The notes below the pieces were generated by a model. The model made no database searches. It saw only the letters and a program-made list of their open reading frames with translations, and had not been told where the DNA came from. From an uncultured delta proteobacterium (GTDB taxonomy: Bacteria; Desulfobacterota; RBG-13-43-22), in the NCBI GenBank assembly GCA_963802945.1, contig CAWDKY010000028.1, positions 64,001-128,000 on the forward strand: a stretch of DNA of 64,000 nucleotides. Direction: 5' to 3'. Of this stretch, positions 10,280 through 20,062 are shown piece after piece (within the stretch, counting starts at the first letter, position 1; each line of letters begins with the position of its first letter). The position numbers were made by a program, and so were the translations under genes.

Positions 10280-11695
10280 TTGAAGGTTGACTTTAAAAAA
10301 TTAGATCGGGCCTTTAATCCCCGTTGTCTGGTGGTCATCGGGGACAGCAATCGCAATGAGTTTCAATGGCTGAGGGCCCAAAGTACTTTTCAGGGAAAAC
10401 TGTACTCCGTCACGGTCAATCCAGAGTCAGGTGAGGCCATCAAGGCCTTGGGAATAGACAATTATCCCAGTATCCTTGATGTCCCGGAAGCGGTTGATCT
10501 GGCTATCATCACCGTGCCCCGTGCGGCGGTTCCCAAGGTATTGGAAGAATGCATCCGCAAGGACGTTGCCGCAGCTCATATGTTTACCGCTGGCTTCACT
10601 GAAACGGATACCGAAGAAGGGATTAAAGCCGAAACCTGGCTTAAACAGCGGGGAGAAGAGGCTAATTTTCATCTGGTCGGTCCCAACTGCATGGGACTGT
10701 TCAATCCCAAGATCGGGCTCAGACAATTCCCGGCACAATACACAGGGGATAGCGGGCCGCTGGGCATTATCTCGCAAAGCGGCGGTCATGCCGTCAACAT
10801 GAGCTTAAGTGCCCATATGCAGGGAGTCTATGTCAATAAGTCGGTTAGCTTCGGTAACGGCACTTTGCTCGATTCCACCGACTACCTTGAGTACTTTGCC
10901 CAGGACCCTGAGATAAAAGTGATCGCAATGTATCTGGAAGGCGTCAAGAATGGTGATCGATTTTTCAAAGTGTTACGGGAGACCTCTCGTCGAAAGCCGG
11001 TAGCGATCTGGAAGGGCGGCAGAACGGAAGAAGGAGAACGGGCGATCGCTTCACACACCGGCTCCCTGGCGGTATCCCAGACCGTATGGGAAGCGGTGGT
11101 CAGGCAAGGCGGCGGGATCAATGTGTTGGAAATGGACGATTTGATTGATACCGCCAATGCTTTGATGCATCTGCCGCCGGTTAAGGGTCTAAGAGTAGGA
11201 GTCACCGGCGGCTCCGGAGGACAGTCGGTCAATATCGCTGACACCTTTGCCGAGGTTGGGATGCGATTACCTAAACTGACTGAGGAGTCCTATGAACAGT
11301 TACGGAAGTTTTACAATATTGTCGGGGGGGGTTATCTTAATCCGGTGGATACAGGCAACCAGAACCGATTTCAAATGAATCGGATCGTTGATATTCTGGC
11401 CCGGGATCCTAATATTGATAACCTGGTTCTGCTTTCTTTGGCCCGGGTCCTGGACATGGACGGCAGACTGGACAATCTCGTCGAAACGATGGGTAACCTC
11501 AAGAAGCAGACAACCAAGCCTATCATATCGATTGTCACCTACTGCTCGTTGGAGGAAATTGCAACGGTTGCGGAGGCCGTGGATAAATTTCAGAAAGTAG
11601 GAATTCCAACCTTCAGCACCATTGACCGCGGTGCCCGAGCTTTAAAAAATGCTTATGAGTATTATCGAATGCGTGATTTGATTAGTTCGGAGTGA
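10280..11695 (+). CDS. Acyl-CoA synthetase (NDP-forming), alpha/CoA-binding subunit
   Basis: GPNCMG, SQSGG, SHTGSLA (phospho-His) and NPVD motifs; no ATP-grasp domain. Confidence 0.88.
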   Translation: MKVDFKKLDRAFNPRCLVVIGDSNRNEFQWLRAQSTFQGKLYSVTVNPESGEAIKALGIDNYPSILDVPEAVDLAIITVPRAAVPKVLEECIRKDVAAAHMFTAGFTETDTEEGIKAETWLKQRGEEANFHLVGPNCMGLFNPKIGLRQFPAQYTGDSGPLGIISQSGGHAVNMSLSAHMQGVYVNKSVSFGNGTLLDSTDYLEYFAQDPEIKVIAMYLEGVKNGDRFFKVLRETSRRKPVAIWKGGRTEEGERAIASHTGSLAVSQTVWEAVVRQGGGINVLEMDDLIDTANALMHLPPVKGLRVGVTGGSGGQSVNIADTFAEVGMRLPKLTEESYEQLRKFYNIVGGGYLNPVDTGNQNRFQMNRIVDILARDPNIDNLVLLSLARVLDMDGRLDNLVETMGNLKKQTTKPIISIVTYCSLEEIATVAEAVDKFQKVGIPTFSTIDRGARALKNAYEYYRMRDLISSE

Positions 11696-11797
11696 TGAGT
11701 TCGGAGTTCGGAGATAATAGTTCAGAGTTATTAGTTCGGGGTTCGGAGCAATAATGAACCAATAAACTTTCAACTTCGAACTCTGAACTCCGAACTG
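11684..11797. repeat. Heptamer (GTTCGGA/GTTCAGA) tandem repeat arranged as an inverted pair
   Basis: gttcggag units followed by complementary ctccgaac/ctctgaac units. Confidence 0.7.
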
Positions 11798-11824
11798 TAT
11801 TTTCAATTGGGAAAGGAACGTGAA

Positions 11825-12769
11825 ATGGAACAAGTTGCAGGTATCAACAAGGTTACTATAATCGGCGCCGGCCTCATGGGATTCGGGATCGGGGTTGATT
11901 TCGCCCGTGCCGGCTATGAAACTTGGCTCTACAATACACGAGAGGAGACCAGTCTTCAGTCCATGGACCGATCCCGGAAGGCCTTGAACCTGTTTGTGGC
12001 GGCGGAGATGATGACTACGACCGAAGTTGAAAAGGCCTACGCTTGTCTGCATCCGACCATCAGTCTGGAGAAGGCCGCAGAAGGCGCTGATTATGTCTCT
12101 GAATCGGTCATGGAGTCCTTATCGCTTAAACGGAAAATTTTTGCCGATCTGGATCGTCTCTGCCCGCCAAAGGCCATACTGGCAACTAACTCTTCCAATT
12201 TTACGACTACATCGATCGTTACCGACAATGACATTAAGCATCCGGAGCGGTGCTGTGTAGCCCATTATTTTCAACCGCCACACCTTCTGCCGCTGGTCGA
12301 AGTGGTCGGAGGCGAAAAGACCGCCAAAGAAACCATAGAACTAACCTGTCAAATTCTGTCCAAGATGCACAAGAAGCCGGTGGTCATCCCGGTTGAGGTG
12401 CCCGCACATGCCGGCAACCGCATCCAGGGGGCCATCGGCCGTGAGATTCGGTATCTTATCGACAATAAAATCTGCACACCGGAGATGATCGACGATATCA
12501 TCATGTACAGTTTCGGCCGTCGTATGGTCAACACCGGCTGGTTTATCCGCAATGATCTGATCGGTCTGGATTTCAGCTACAATACCGCCAAAGCCGCCGG
12601 TAAGGAAGCCTGGTGGCCGTTTAAGGAGCGGGTCGAGCGCGGGGAGCTGGGCATGAAGTCCGGCAAGGGTTTCTATGAATGGCCCGATTTCGGTGAGGCC
12701 TTGAAGCACAGACAGGACATGGATCTGCTTCGCTTCCTCAAAAGGGACATCGAAGAGGGCAAACTCTAA
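11825..12769 (+). CDS. 3-hydroxyacyl-CoA dehydrogenase family protein
   Basis: GAGLMGFGI, ATNSS, HYFQPPH.LPLVE and LGMKSGKGFY; ATG at 11825 follows an RBS-like ggaaagga. Confidence 0.9.
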   Translation: MEQVAGINKVTIIGAGLMGFGIGVDFARAGYETWLYNTREETSLQSMDRSRKALNLFVAAEMMTTTEVEKAYACLHPTISLEKAAEGADYVSESVMESLSLKRKIFADLDRLCPPKAILATNSSNFTTTSIVTDNDIKHPERCCVAHYFQPPHLLPLVEVVGGEKTAKETIELTCQILSKMHKKPVVIPVEVPAHAGNRIQGAIGREIRYLIDNKICTPEMIDDIIMYSFGRRMVNTGWFIRNDLIGLDFSYNTAKAAGKEAWWPFKERVERGELGMKSGKGFYEWPDFGEALKHRQDMDLLRFLKRDIEEGKL

Positions 12770-12883
12770 AGCAAAGATAGTTGAAATTCCTTAATTCAGA
12801 TTCAGATGTCAGAATTCAAAAGTGAGATCTATAGAAAAAAACTTTCTATTCTGACTGAAGAATAGGCATTTTATTTTTTCACC

Positions 12884-13135
12884 TCATCTTTTTCCCACAA
12901 GAACTTCCAGAAATTTTCTAATCGTAGTTTCGCAATATTCAGAAGCTTATAAATGGCGCTGACGGGCGTAGTTTAAAAACTTCCCGACCCAATAAGCATA
13001 AAAAGGGGCATTCTTTTCCGGCACAAGGTTTTTAGTCAACAGAAACTTCTGAAATTCGGAAAGGACTCCGGTTGTGGGGGTATTTGACAATTTATCCCAT
13101 ATTATAAGAACTTCGTTTTTATTCCATATTATCAA
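12884..13135 (-). pseudogene. intI: N-terminal remnant of an integron integrase with an internal stop
   Basis: LSEFQKFLLTKNLVPEKNAPFYAYWVGKFL resembles the N-terminal SAM-like domain of integron integrases; TAA at 12947; divergent from an attI-like site and attC cassettes. Confidence 0.7.
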
Positions 13136-13229
13136 AAATTACGAAAATCTGCAAATTATCGTTATTGTTTTAAATAATGATTTTCTTTTTACAAATATTA
13201 GTATGTGGTATAATTAATGCCAAGAGATA

Positions 13230-13261
13230 AAAAAACGAACTTCGTATATTAATTGTTGGGC
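13230..13261 (+). other. attI-like site with crossover core GTTGGGC
   Basis: GTTGGGC at 13255..13261 is the exact complement of GCCCAAC at the end of the first cassette (14072). Confidence 0.65.
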
Positions 13262-14065
13262 AAAACTTACCGATACCGGATAGGAGACACCTGTGACTTG
13301 GTTGTTTCCCATACTCACTTGTGTGGCTGCCGTCATCGCGCGTATACGCGTCGCCCGCGGCATCGCAAACTTGCCCATGCGTCCGCGCTTCTCATGGTGT
13401 TTCTAGCAGGGTGGCAAGGCTACGCGAGTTACCAACACTGGAAGACCCAACGGGCGGTCGAAAAGTATGCTTATTCACGTTTGGAGTCTGCGACTCGAAA
13501 TGTGCTCGGCTTGACTCAGCAAATCATTCTTCAAGCATCCGACGGCTGGTTGCCTGCAACCGATGGCGAGTTCTTCTCGGAACATACAGCGAGTCTGGTT
13601 TGTCGCTATCTAAACGTCGACAAGACCGCTCCGGTAGTCCCTGATCGAACTTGGCTCGTCTGGATCTACCAGCAAACAAAAGAAGCGCAAGACGAGATCT
13701 CGAACGTTCTCGGTTCCTATGCGCCGGTTCTTGACGATCAGCTTCTTAATTCTGCGATAGAGTTCAAAGGGTAATTTATGCTTACGTTTCCCGCAACGGC
13801 GGTTAGCGTGCTCCGAGACGTTGCTCCTCAGAAAGGATATCAGTACCCGCCGCTTCTCTGCAATGGGCTAGAGACTGAAATGCAGAAATCCCTCGGTCAG
13901 ATGCAACGCTTTTACGAGGTCCTGTGGAAACGCACAGGACCCGAGCGGTTTCCCTTAACCAAGAAGATATCACAAACGGCGTTAATTGGATCAGCCCGAT
14001 TTACGGATGAGGACCTAAATCGGTGGAGTGCAGAGCACCCATACGCCCCAAGCGGGAAACCTTAG
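13253..14065 (+). pseudogene. Integron cassette 1: hypothetical membrane-anchored protein with an in-frame TAA at 13772-13774
   Basis: ORFs 13253..13774 and 13778..14065 share a frame; hydrophobic ASALLMVFLAGWQGY segment; the 5' part looks frameshifted. Confidence 0.6.
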
Positions 14066-14071
14066 GTGAAT

Positions 14072-14137
14072 GCCCAACCAAGCGGTCCAGCTAACTTGGC
14101 CATAACTGCGGCTTCGTAGCTGACCCCTGTGTTGTGA
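14072..14137 (+). other. attC site 1
   Basis: GCCCAAC ... cagcta / tagctg ... GTTGTGA, a 66-bp imperfect palindrome right after the cassette ORF. Confidence 0.75.
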
Positions 14138-14161
14138 GTAAATAATAAGGAGAATATTATC

Positions 14162-14479
14162 ATGTTTAAAAACATTTCACTTCATCAAGCAGAATTAATT
14201 TATCTTGGTCTAAAATCATTAATCGAAACCAAGAGTAAACATGGTCTTGTTAATGGAGATGGTGGTCATCCGGCATATTTAGCTGGTATGAATAATGAAG
14301 ATCACTCATCTCATGATTTTGGTGATTCTCCAGATAAAAACCCCCTTTATAAAATGCTGCACGAACTTTCAAACAAACTAAAAAAAGAAGGCATTGAATC
14401 ACACCACTATAAATGGTGGTATGATTTTAAAGATTGGAAATCCTTTTGCGAGTTTGTTGTTCATAGTTACAAGAATTAG
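14162..14479 (+). CDS. Integron cassette 2: hypothetical protein
   Basis: AT-rich 105-aa ORF with RBS aaggag directly after attC1. Confidence 0.65.
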   Translation: MFKNISLHQAELIYLGLKSLIETKSKHGLVNGDGGHPAYLAGMNNEDHSSHDFGDSPDKNPLYKMLHELSNKLKKEGIESHHYKWWYDFKDWKSFCEFVVHSYKN

Positions 14480-14485
14480 TAAGAA

Positions 14486-14573
14486 AGGGGACGCCCTTTA
14501 TATATTTATATTTGGATGATTCTCAACCCCCGCAGACAATCCGATAAATGTAAATATCTAAAGGGCGTCCCCT
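14486..14573. repeat. 23-bp inverted repeat (AGGGGACGCCCTTTA...)
   Basis: aggggacgccctttatatattta / taaatatctaaagggcgtcccct, 1 mismatch. Confidence 0.75.
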
Positions 14574-14582
14574 GATCATGCC

Positions 14583-14858
14583 ATGAAAATTAATAAGTCA
14601 AACTTTAAACCGGCAAAACAGCATACGATCTTAACTACCGGAGAAGTAATTAAAATGTTGCGCGAATTAAAAGGATGGACTCAAGAGGAATTATCAAAAT
14701 ATTGCTCTATCAATGCAAAAAATATCAGTATGCTTGAAAACGACAAATTAGAAATCGGTAAAAAAAGGGCCGAGCAACTCGACAAGGCATTTACTGTACA
14801 TCCTGCGATAATTATGTTTCCTGAATACGAATCAAAAGAAATTCAAAAGGCGGCATAA
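14583..14858 (+). CDS. Xre/Cro HTH protein (HigA-like antitoxin), orphan
   Basis: LRELKGWTQEELSKYCSINAKNISMLEN helix-turn-helix; its stop codon overlaps attC2. Confidence 0.75.
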   Translation: MKINKSNFKPAKQHTILTTGEVIKMLRELKGWTQEELSKYCSINAKNISMLENDKLEIGKKRAEQLDKAFTVHPAIIMFPEYESKEIQKAA

Positions 14859-14910
14859 CATCTCACTGGTGCCGACCCAAAGGCCGGGCGTCACAGTTCG
14901 AGTGTTAGAA
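14853..14910 (+). other. attC site 2
   Basis: GCATAAC ... ctg..g / cacag ... GTTAGAA, 58 bp. Confidence 0.65.
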
Positions 14911-14930
14911 GGGGAGGGGATTTTCTTGAG

Positions 14931-15610
14931 CTAAAACAGATTCAGGAAGTCCTTTTGATCCAGCCAGTGGTCGGCATGATCGGCTTCATAAAATTCATCG
15001 TTCCAGCAAGGGAAGATATCTGCCGTTTCGTAACCTTTGAACCAATTCGTCTTCCGTCCTGATTGGCTCCGGGAACAGGGTATAGGCCCTGCCCAGAACC
15101 AAAGGCCCATGGGCATCCGATCCTCCAATGCCGTTGATGCCCAGGAGGCTCGCTGCTTTGACCGCCAGATGATTTTCCTGAAACGGCCGGCTGGCGTTAA
15201 GGGTCTCCAGGGCGAAAAGATTTTCCAATTCAAGGATTCGATCCCCGGGAAACCCATCGACGAGACCTCTTTGATAGGGATGGGCCGGGACAGCGACTCC
15301 CCCCCGTTGTTGAACCCAGTCCACGGTCCATTGCATGGGCAGTCTGGTGGGAAGATCTTCTTCTTCGACCTTCATTCCGAAAATCAAAAGATGCCCTTCC
15401 TGGGCGCGGTATTCCAGACCTTGAAAGATAGGGAAGCCGGTTTTCTGCAGAGATTTCCTGATAGGGGTCGCTTAAAAAATAGGAATGATGCTCGGTCACG
15501 CAGACCGCATCCAGGCCGACCTGGCGGGAACGGGAAACCAGCTCACCCGGTTGGATGATCGAATCGCCGCCAAAAACAGTATGAACGTGTAGGTCAATCT
15601 TGAACATCAT
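14931..15610 (-). pseudogene. PHP-domain phosphoesterase split by two +1 frameshifts (~15447 and ~15015)
   Basis: DLHVHT, VTEHH, AHPY and GGSDAH motifs are spread over three overlapping frames. Confidence 0.8.
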
Positions 15611-15628
15611 GCATCGGTTAATTACAGG

Positions 15629-16579
15629 CTATGGATTCAAGCCAATGGATTCTTCTACCCCGAGCATGAGGTTCATATTCTGCACTGCTGCCCCGGAAGC
15701 CCCTTTGCCCAGATTGTCTAATCGGGCGGCCACCAGGATCTGCTCTTCATTGCCGAAGACGAACAGGTCGATCCTGTTGGTCTGGTTGCATTCCGTGGGA
15801 ATGAGAAAACCATTGTCCAAAAAAGGACCGGATTCAAAGGGGATCACCCGGATAAAAGGTTCCGATTGATAATAATCGGCTAAAATCTCCCGAACCTCCG
15901 AGGCGGTGATTTTTTTAGAAAGCATCCGGGCCAGCAAAGGGATGGAAACCACCATACCTTGATAATAGTCATCAACAATGGGCGTGAACAAGGGAGGATG
16001 TTTCAAACCGGTTACCTTCTGCATTTCCGCAACGTGTTTGTGCTTGAGACTCAGGGCATAGTGTCGTGGGGCTTTAAGATGCTCTTTAGGTGTTTCTCCC
16101 GATTCATAGACGGCAATCAGTTTTTTTCCGCCACCGCTGTAACCGGTGACGGACTGGACAAACACCGGATAGTCCACAGGCACGATCTGCTTTTGAATGA
16201 GCGGATACAAGGCCATAATAAAACCGGTGGCATGACAGCCCGGATTGGTCAGGCGCTTTGATTTTTTGATTTGTTCCCGCTGTTGTTTGTTTAATTCCGG
16301 TATTCCGTAAGTCCAGCCATCGGCAGTTCGAAAGGCCGTACTGGAGTCGATAACCTTGGTTTGGTCGTTTTGGATCAGGTTGACGGATTCCCGTGAGGCC
16401 TCATCGGGAAGGCAAAGGATAACCAGGTCGGCTTCATTTAAAAACCGCTGTTTAACTTGGGAATTTTTCCGATCCTGATCCGCTATCTTGAGAAGATGAA
16501 GATCGGTCCTGGATTTCAGCCTCTCATGGATTTGCAATCCCGTAGTTCCTTCCTGACCGTCTATAAAAACCTTGAACAT
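15629..16579 (-). CDS. argC: N-acetyl-gamma-glutamyl-phosphate reductase (type 2)
   Basis: VFIDGQEGTTGL, NPGCHATG, GYSGGG and LDNLGKGASGAAVQNMN. Confidence 0.95.
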   Translation of the reverse strand: MFKVFIDGQEGTTGLQIHERLKSRTDLHLLKIADQDRKNSQVKQRFLNEADLVILCLPDEASRESVNLIQNDQTKVIDSSTAFRTADGWTYGIPELNKQQREQIKKSKRLTNPGCHATGFIMALYPLIQKQIVPVDYPVFVQSVTGYSGGGKKLIAVYESGETPKEHLKAPRHYALSLKHKHVAEMQKVTGLKHPPLFTPIVDDYYQGMVVSIPLLARMLSKKITASEVREILADYYQSEPFIRVIPFESGPFLDNGFLIPTECNQTNRIDLFVFGNEEQILVAARLDNLGKGASGAAVQNMNLMLGVEESIGLNP

Positions 16580-16798
16580 CTTGTACGTCTCCTTAGGATC
16601 TTTCTCCCGGGCCTGTCGCCTGTCAGTAGAAGGCCGGCCTCTATGTTTTTTAAATAACAGGAATTTATTTTAATTTCAAGGCCATAATAACGAAGGCCCA
16701 TGGATTCCATCTCCGTTTTTCAATTAAGAAAAAAAGGAATAGTACCGATAAGAGAATAGAAGAAAAGCAATCTGTATTCATCATCTTTCTCCGATTGA

Positions 16799-16848
16799 AA
16801 ATCAAAAAAGCCTGCCTTGATCGTTTATTAAGGCAGGCTTTTTGATTT
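16799..16848. terminator. Intrinsic terminator after the ETF-QO gene
   Basis: aaaaagcctgcctt / aaggcaggcttttt stem with A/T tracts on both sides. Confidence 0.8.
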
Positions 16849-16893
16849 AATGGTTGCCTTCAAACTACAAAATTGTTACTTAGGTTGCCTCGG

Positions 16894-18606
16894 TTAGGTC
16901 ATGGTATATTTGGGGCCGCCGCCGCCTTCCGGTGGGACCCAGGTTATATTTTCATAAGGATCTTTGACATCACAGGTCTTGCAATGCACACAATTGGAAA
17001 AATTGATGGTCATTTTCGGCTTGCCCGTGGACTCTTCGATTTCCATTTCATAGACCCCGGCCGGGCAAAACCGGACGCAGGGATTTCCATATTCTTCTCG
17101 GCAGCGTTCATAGCAGATGCCCAGGTCCTTGATCTTGAGATGAGGCGGTTGTTTTTCCTCGTGGGTGGCCCCGGCGTAATAGACATCACTGACTTTGTCA
17201 AAGGTTAGGGCGCCGTCATATTTGATATCCCCCTTTTTTTCATCAGAAGGGGTTCTGGTCTGGTAATAATTGGGGATCGTCTTCATATGCTTAAAGTCAG
17301 GCCCGGCTGGAAGTCGGTCTTTGAGTATCCTTCCACCCAGCAGAAATTGGAAAGGGACTTTGAACATCCCCAGCCAAAAACCTTTTTGAAAGCCCTGATG
17401 GAAATTACGGACTTGCCGAAGTTCCTTATAAATGTAGCTTTTTTCCAGCTTGGATTTGTAATTCTTAAGCTGGTTCAGAGAAAAGTCATTACTGACTAGG
17501 CATTCCATGATGGTTTCAGCGGCCAGCATCCCTGATTTCATGGCATAATGAATGCCTTTGATTTTCTCCCCATTAAATAAACAGGCGGCATCACCTATAA
17601 TAAGACCACCATCAAAAACCGGTTCGGGAATGGAAAATAATCCACTGACCGGGACCGTCTTGGCACCGTACTGGACCATCTTCCCGCCCTTCAGTAATCC
17701 GGCAATAAAAGGATGGGTTTTGAATTTTTGAAATTCCCGATGGGGGTCCATAAAAGGATCGGCATAATCCAGACTGATCATTTGTCCGATGGAGATATGG
17801 TTGTCCTTCATGCCATAAATAAATCCGCCACCAAAGGTGTCAGTTTTCATGGGGAACCCCATGGTTTCAATTACCTGCCCCGGCTTGATCCTATCGTCCG
17901 GCAATTCCCAGATCTCCTTGACGCCTACTTCATAGCCCTGGCCGTTTTTTCCCGCAGCCAAATTGAATTGCTGGATCAGGGTCTTGGTCAGATTACCCCT
18001 GGAACCGTCACCGAAAACAGTGACCTTGGCATGCAAATCAATGCCCGGTTCATAATTGGATTTTTGACTCCCGTCAGTGTCAATGCCTTTATCGCCCGTT
18101 CGAACCCCGGTCACTTTTCCATTTTCATAAAGGACCTCCGTCCCGGCAAAACTGGGAAAGATAGTCACTCCTAACTCTTCCACTTTCTGGCCGAGCCATT
18201 CCACTAACCTGGAAAGGGCAACGACATAATTCCCGTGATTATTTAAGGGGGACGGGGGAATGGTGAGGGGCAACTTGATTTTCCCTGTTTTAGTTAGGAG
18301 ATAGATTCCTTCTTTTTTGACCTCGCTTTCAATGGGAGCGCCCTGCTCAATAAAGTCCGGGATCAGTTCTTTTAAGGCCACCGGGTTCATTAACGCGCCA
18401 GAAATACCATGGGCCCCGACATAGGCGCCTTTTTCCAATACCGCAATCATGAATTCATCGGAGATTTTTTCGCCTTTTCCTCCCTGGTCGATTCTTTCAT
18501 TATGCTGTTTGATCAGATTGGATAAATGGTAAGCCCCGGATAATGAGGAGATTCCTCCTCCAATGAAAAGTACGTCAACATCCATTACTTCATGTTCATC
18601 ACTCAT
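16894..18606 (-). CDS. Electron transfer flavoprotein-quinone oxidoreductase (ETF-QO)
   Basis: N-terminal FAD motif, GVRTGDKG, KGIHYAMKSG, and C-terminal PCVRFCPAGVYE / NCVHCKTCDVKDP / WVPPEGGGGPKY. Confidence 0.92.
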   Translation of the reverse strand: MSDEHEVMDVDVLFIGGGISSLSGAYHLSNLIKQHNERIDQGGKGEKISDEFMIAVLEKGAYVGAHGISGALMNPVALKELIPDFIEQGAPIESEVKKEGIYLLTKTGKIKLPLTIPPSPLNNHGNYVVALSRLVEWLGQKVEELGVTIFPSFAGTEVLYENGKVTGVRTGDKGIDTDGSQKSNYEPGIDLHAKVTVFGDGSRGNLTKTLIQQFNLAAGKNGQGYEVGVKEIWELPDDRIKPGQVIETMGFPMKTDTFGGGFIYGMKDNHISIGQMISLDYADPFMDPHREFQKFKTHPFIAGLLKGGKMVQYGAKTVPVSGLFSIPEPVFDGGLIIGDAACLFNGEKIKGIHYAMKSGMLAAETIMECLVSNDFSLNQLKNYKSKLEKSYIYKELRQVRNFHQGFQKGFWLGMFKVPFQFLLGGRILKDRLPAGPDFKHMKTIPNYYQTRTPSDEKKGDIKYDGALTFDKVSDVYYAGATHEEKQPPHLKIKDLGICYERCREEYGNPCVRFCPAGVYEMEIEESTGKPKMTINFSNCVHCKTCDVKDPYENITWVPPEGGGGPKYTMT

Positions 18607-18795
18607 CGTATAGTCCTCCTCTCTCCTTTGATGAGAGTATATTTTCTGTTGCCGGATTATAGTGTAATCTTAAGGATAAGGTCAAGGGGAAAAATAAAGA
18701 AAAACAGGCAGGTAAAATAAAAAGCACTAGAAAAGGGATACGGGAATAGGTCATCGCCTCTCTCCGAGGCCAGGAGCATCAATTCTTTTAAGTGG

Positions 18796-19611
18796 TCACT
18801 TTTTTTTTAAATGCTTTAAGGCCCTATCCACCCTGGAAAGGCTACGCTTCCCTTCTTGTTTTTCTTTTTCGGTCCGAACCAAACCGGCTTCATGAAAAAT
18901 CATATAGTTAGAAAAAGCGGACTGAACAGCCACGCGAAACCCGGCCCCGTCCTGAACCTGATTGATGGAGAGCTTGGCCAAACGAGTGAAGATGGGATCG
19001 GATTCAGCGATCCGTTCAGCTAATTTTTGGGTTTCAGCCTTGAGTTTGTCCCTTGGGACAACCCAATTGGCAAACCCGAGTTCGTAGGCTTCTTGAGCGG
19101 TGACAAAACGGGTCTGAAAAAGAATTTCTTTGGCTTTGCGAACCCCGATGTCCCAGGGTACGCTGAAATACTGGAGTAAGGAGGGAAGAAACAAGGCATC
19201 ATCGGCAGCAATGATAATATCCATGGCCGAGGCGATGAGCCATCCTCCGAAGATACAGTATCCATGGACCTCGGCGATGGTCGGTTTAGGCAGGTCGCGC
19301 CATCTTACCCCCATGTCATGAAACAGTTCCCATTGTTTCCGATAGGCCCCCATGATTCCGGAAGGATAAGGTCTTCGGGCCTCGTCTGCTTTTTGGTCGG
19401 GGGTCCCCAAGTCGTGTCCGGAACTGAAATGATCTCCTTCACCCGACAGAATGATGACCCGAATTGCGTTGTCGGCCACAGCTTGATTAAAGGCTTGGTC
19501 AAGCTCTTCCAGTAAAAGACGGGATTGGGCGTTTCGGTATCGCGGTCGATTCATTTTCAGGCGAACCACAGCCCCATTTTTTTCATAGATGATCTGTTTA
19601 TAATCCGGCAT
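18796..19611 (-). CDS. Enoyl-CoA hydratase/isomerase (crotonase) family protein
   Basis: NRPRYRNAQS, FSSGHDL and PKPTIAEVHGYCIFGG. Confidence 0.9.
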   Translation of the reverse strand: MPDYKQIIYEKNGAVVRLKMNRPRYRNAQSRLLLEELDQAFNQAVADNAIRVIILSGEGDHFSSGHDLGTPDQKADEARRPYPSGIMGAYRKQWELFHDMGVRWRDLPKPTIAEVHGYCIFGGWLIASAMDIIIAADDALFLPSLLQYFSVPWDIGVRKAKEILFQTRFVTAQEAYELGFANWVVPRDKLKAETQKLAERIAESDPIFTRLAKLSINQVQDGAGFRVAVQSAFSNYMIFHEAGLVRTEKEKQEGKRSLSRVDRALKHLKKK

Positions 19612-19627
19612 AGTTCTTATCCATTAA

Positions 19628-19893
19628 CAGGTTGCTGAAACTGGGCACCGCCCCGAAGGGGTGGGAGTGAGACGAGATTTGGGGCGAACAAAAAGGCCCA
19701 TTTATCCCGCCAACGGCGGGATTGCCCTCATTCCTCCCCGCCTTTCGGCGGGGCAGGCTTATTGCGACGTACTTCTATTGTGCGCCTCATTCCTTGGGAT
19801 TTCTTCGCGTCAAGGGCAACGCTCAGTCCCACCCCTTCGGGGCGGGTTCCCGGTTTCGGGACGCCTTGTATCTGAATCTTTTTGAGCAACCTG
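19628..19893. mobile_element. MITE, copy 2 (reverse orientation, with extra hairpin insertions)
   Basis: caggttgctgaaa ... tttttgagcaacctg ends; internal sequence is the reverse complement of most of 7710..7888. Confidence 0.75.
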
Positions 19894-19953
19894 TAAAAAA
19901 GAGTTTTTCTGCACCCTGTTAAAGGTATAAACCACGTTTAGGCGTCTTTTCCG

Positions 19954-20006
19954 AAGAAAGCCGGAATCCCTTTTACCTGACGGGGGGAATGGATTCCGGC
20001 TTTCTT
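19954..20006. terminator. Stem-loop, likely terminator of 20063..21178
   Basis: aagaaagccggaatcc / ggattccggctttctt perfect 16-bp stem. Confidence 0.7.
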
Positions 20007-20062
20007 AGAAATTAATATTTTAAGGACGTTTTACTAGCTCAATAAAACGGATCGATCCTTTA

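Noticed and set aside
13772-13777. Selenocysteine or pyrrolysine readthrough in cassette 1
   Set aside because: The stop is TAA and the 5' end also looks damaged; simple decay is more likely
19661-19922. Short ORFs 19661..19885 and 19722..19922
   Set aside because: They overlap the MITE and show no protein-like features
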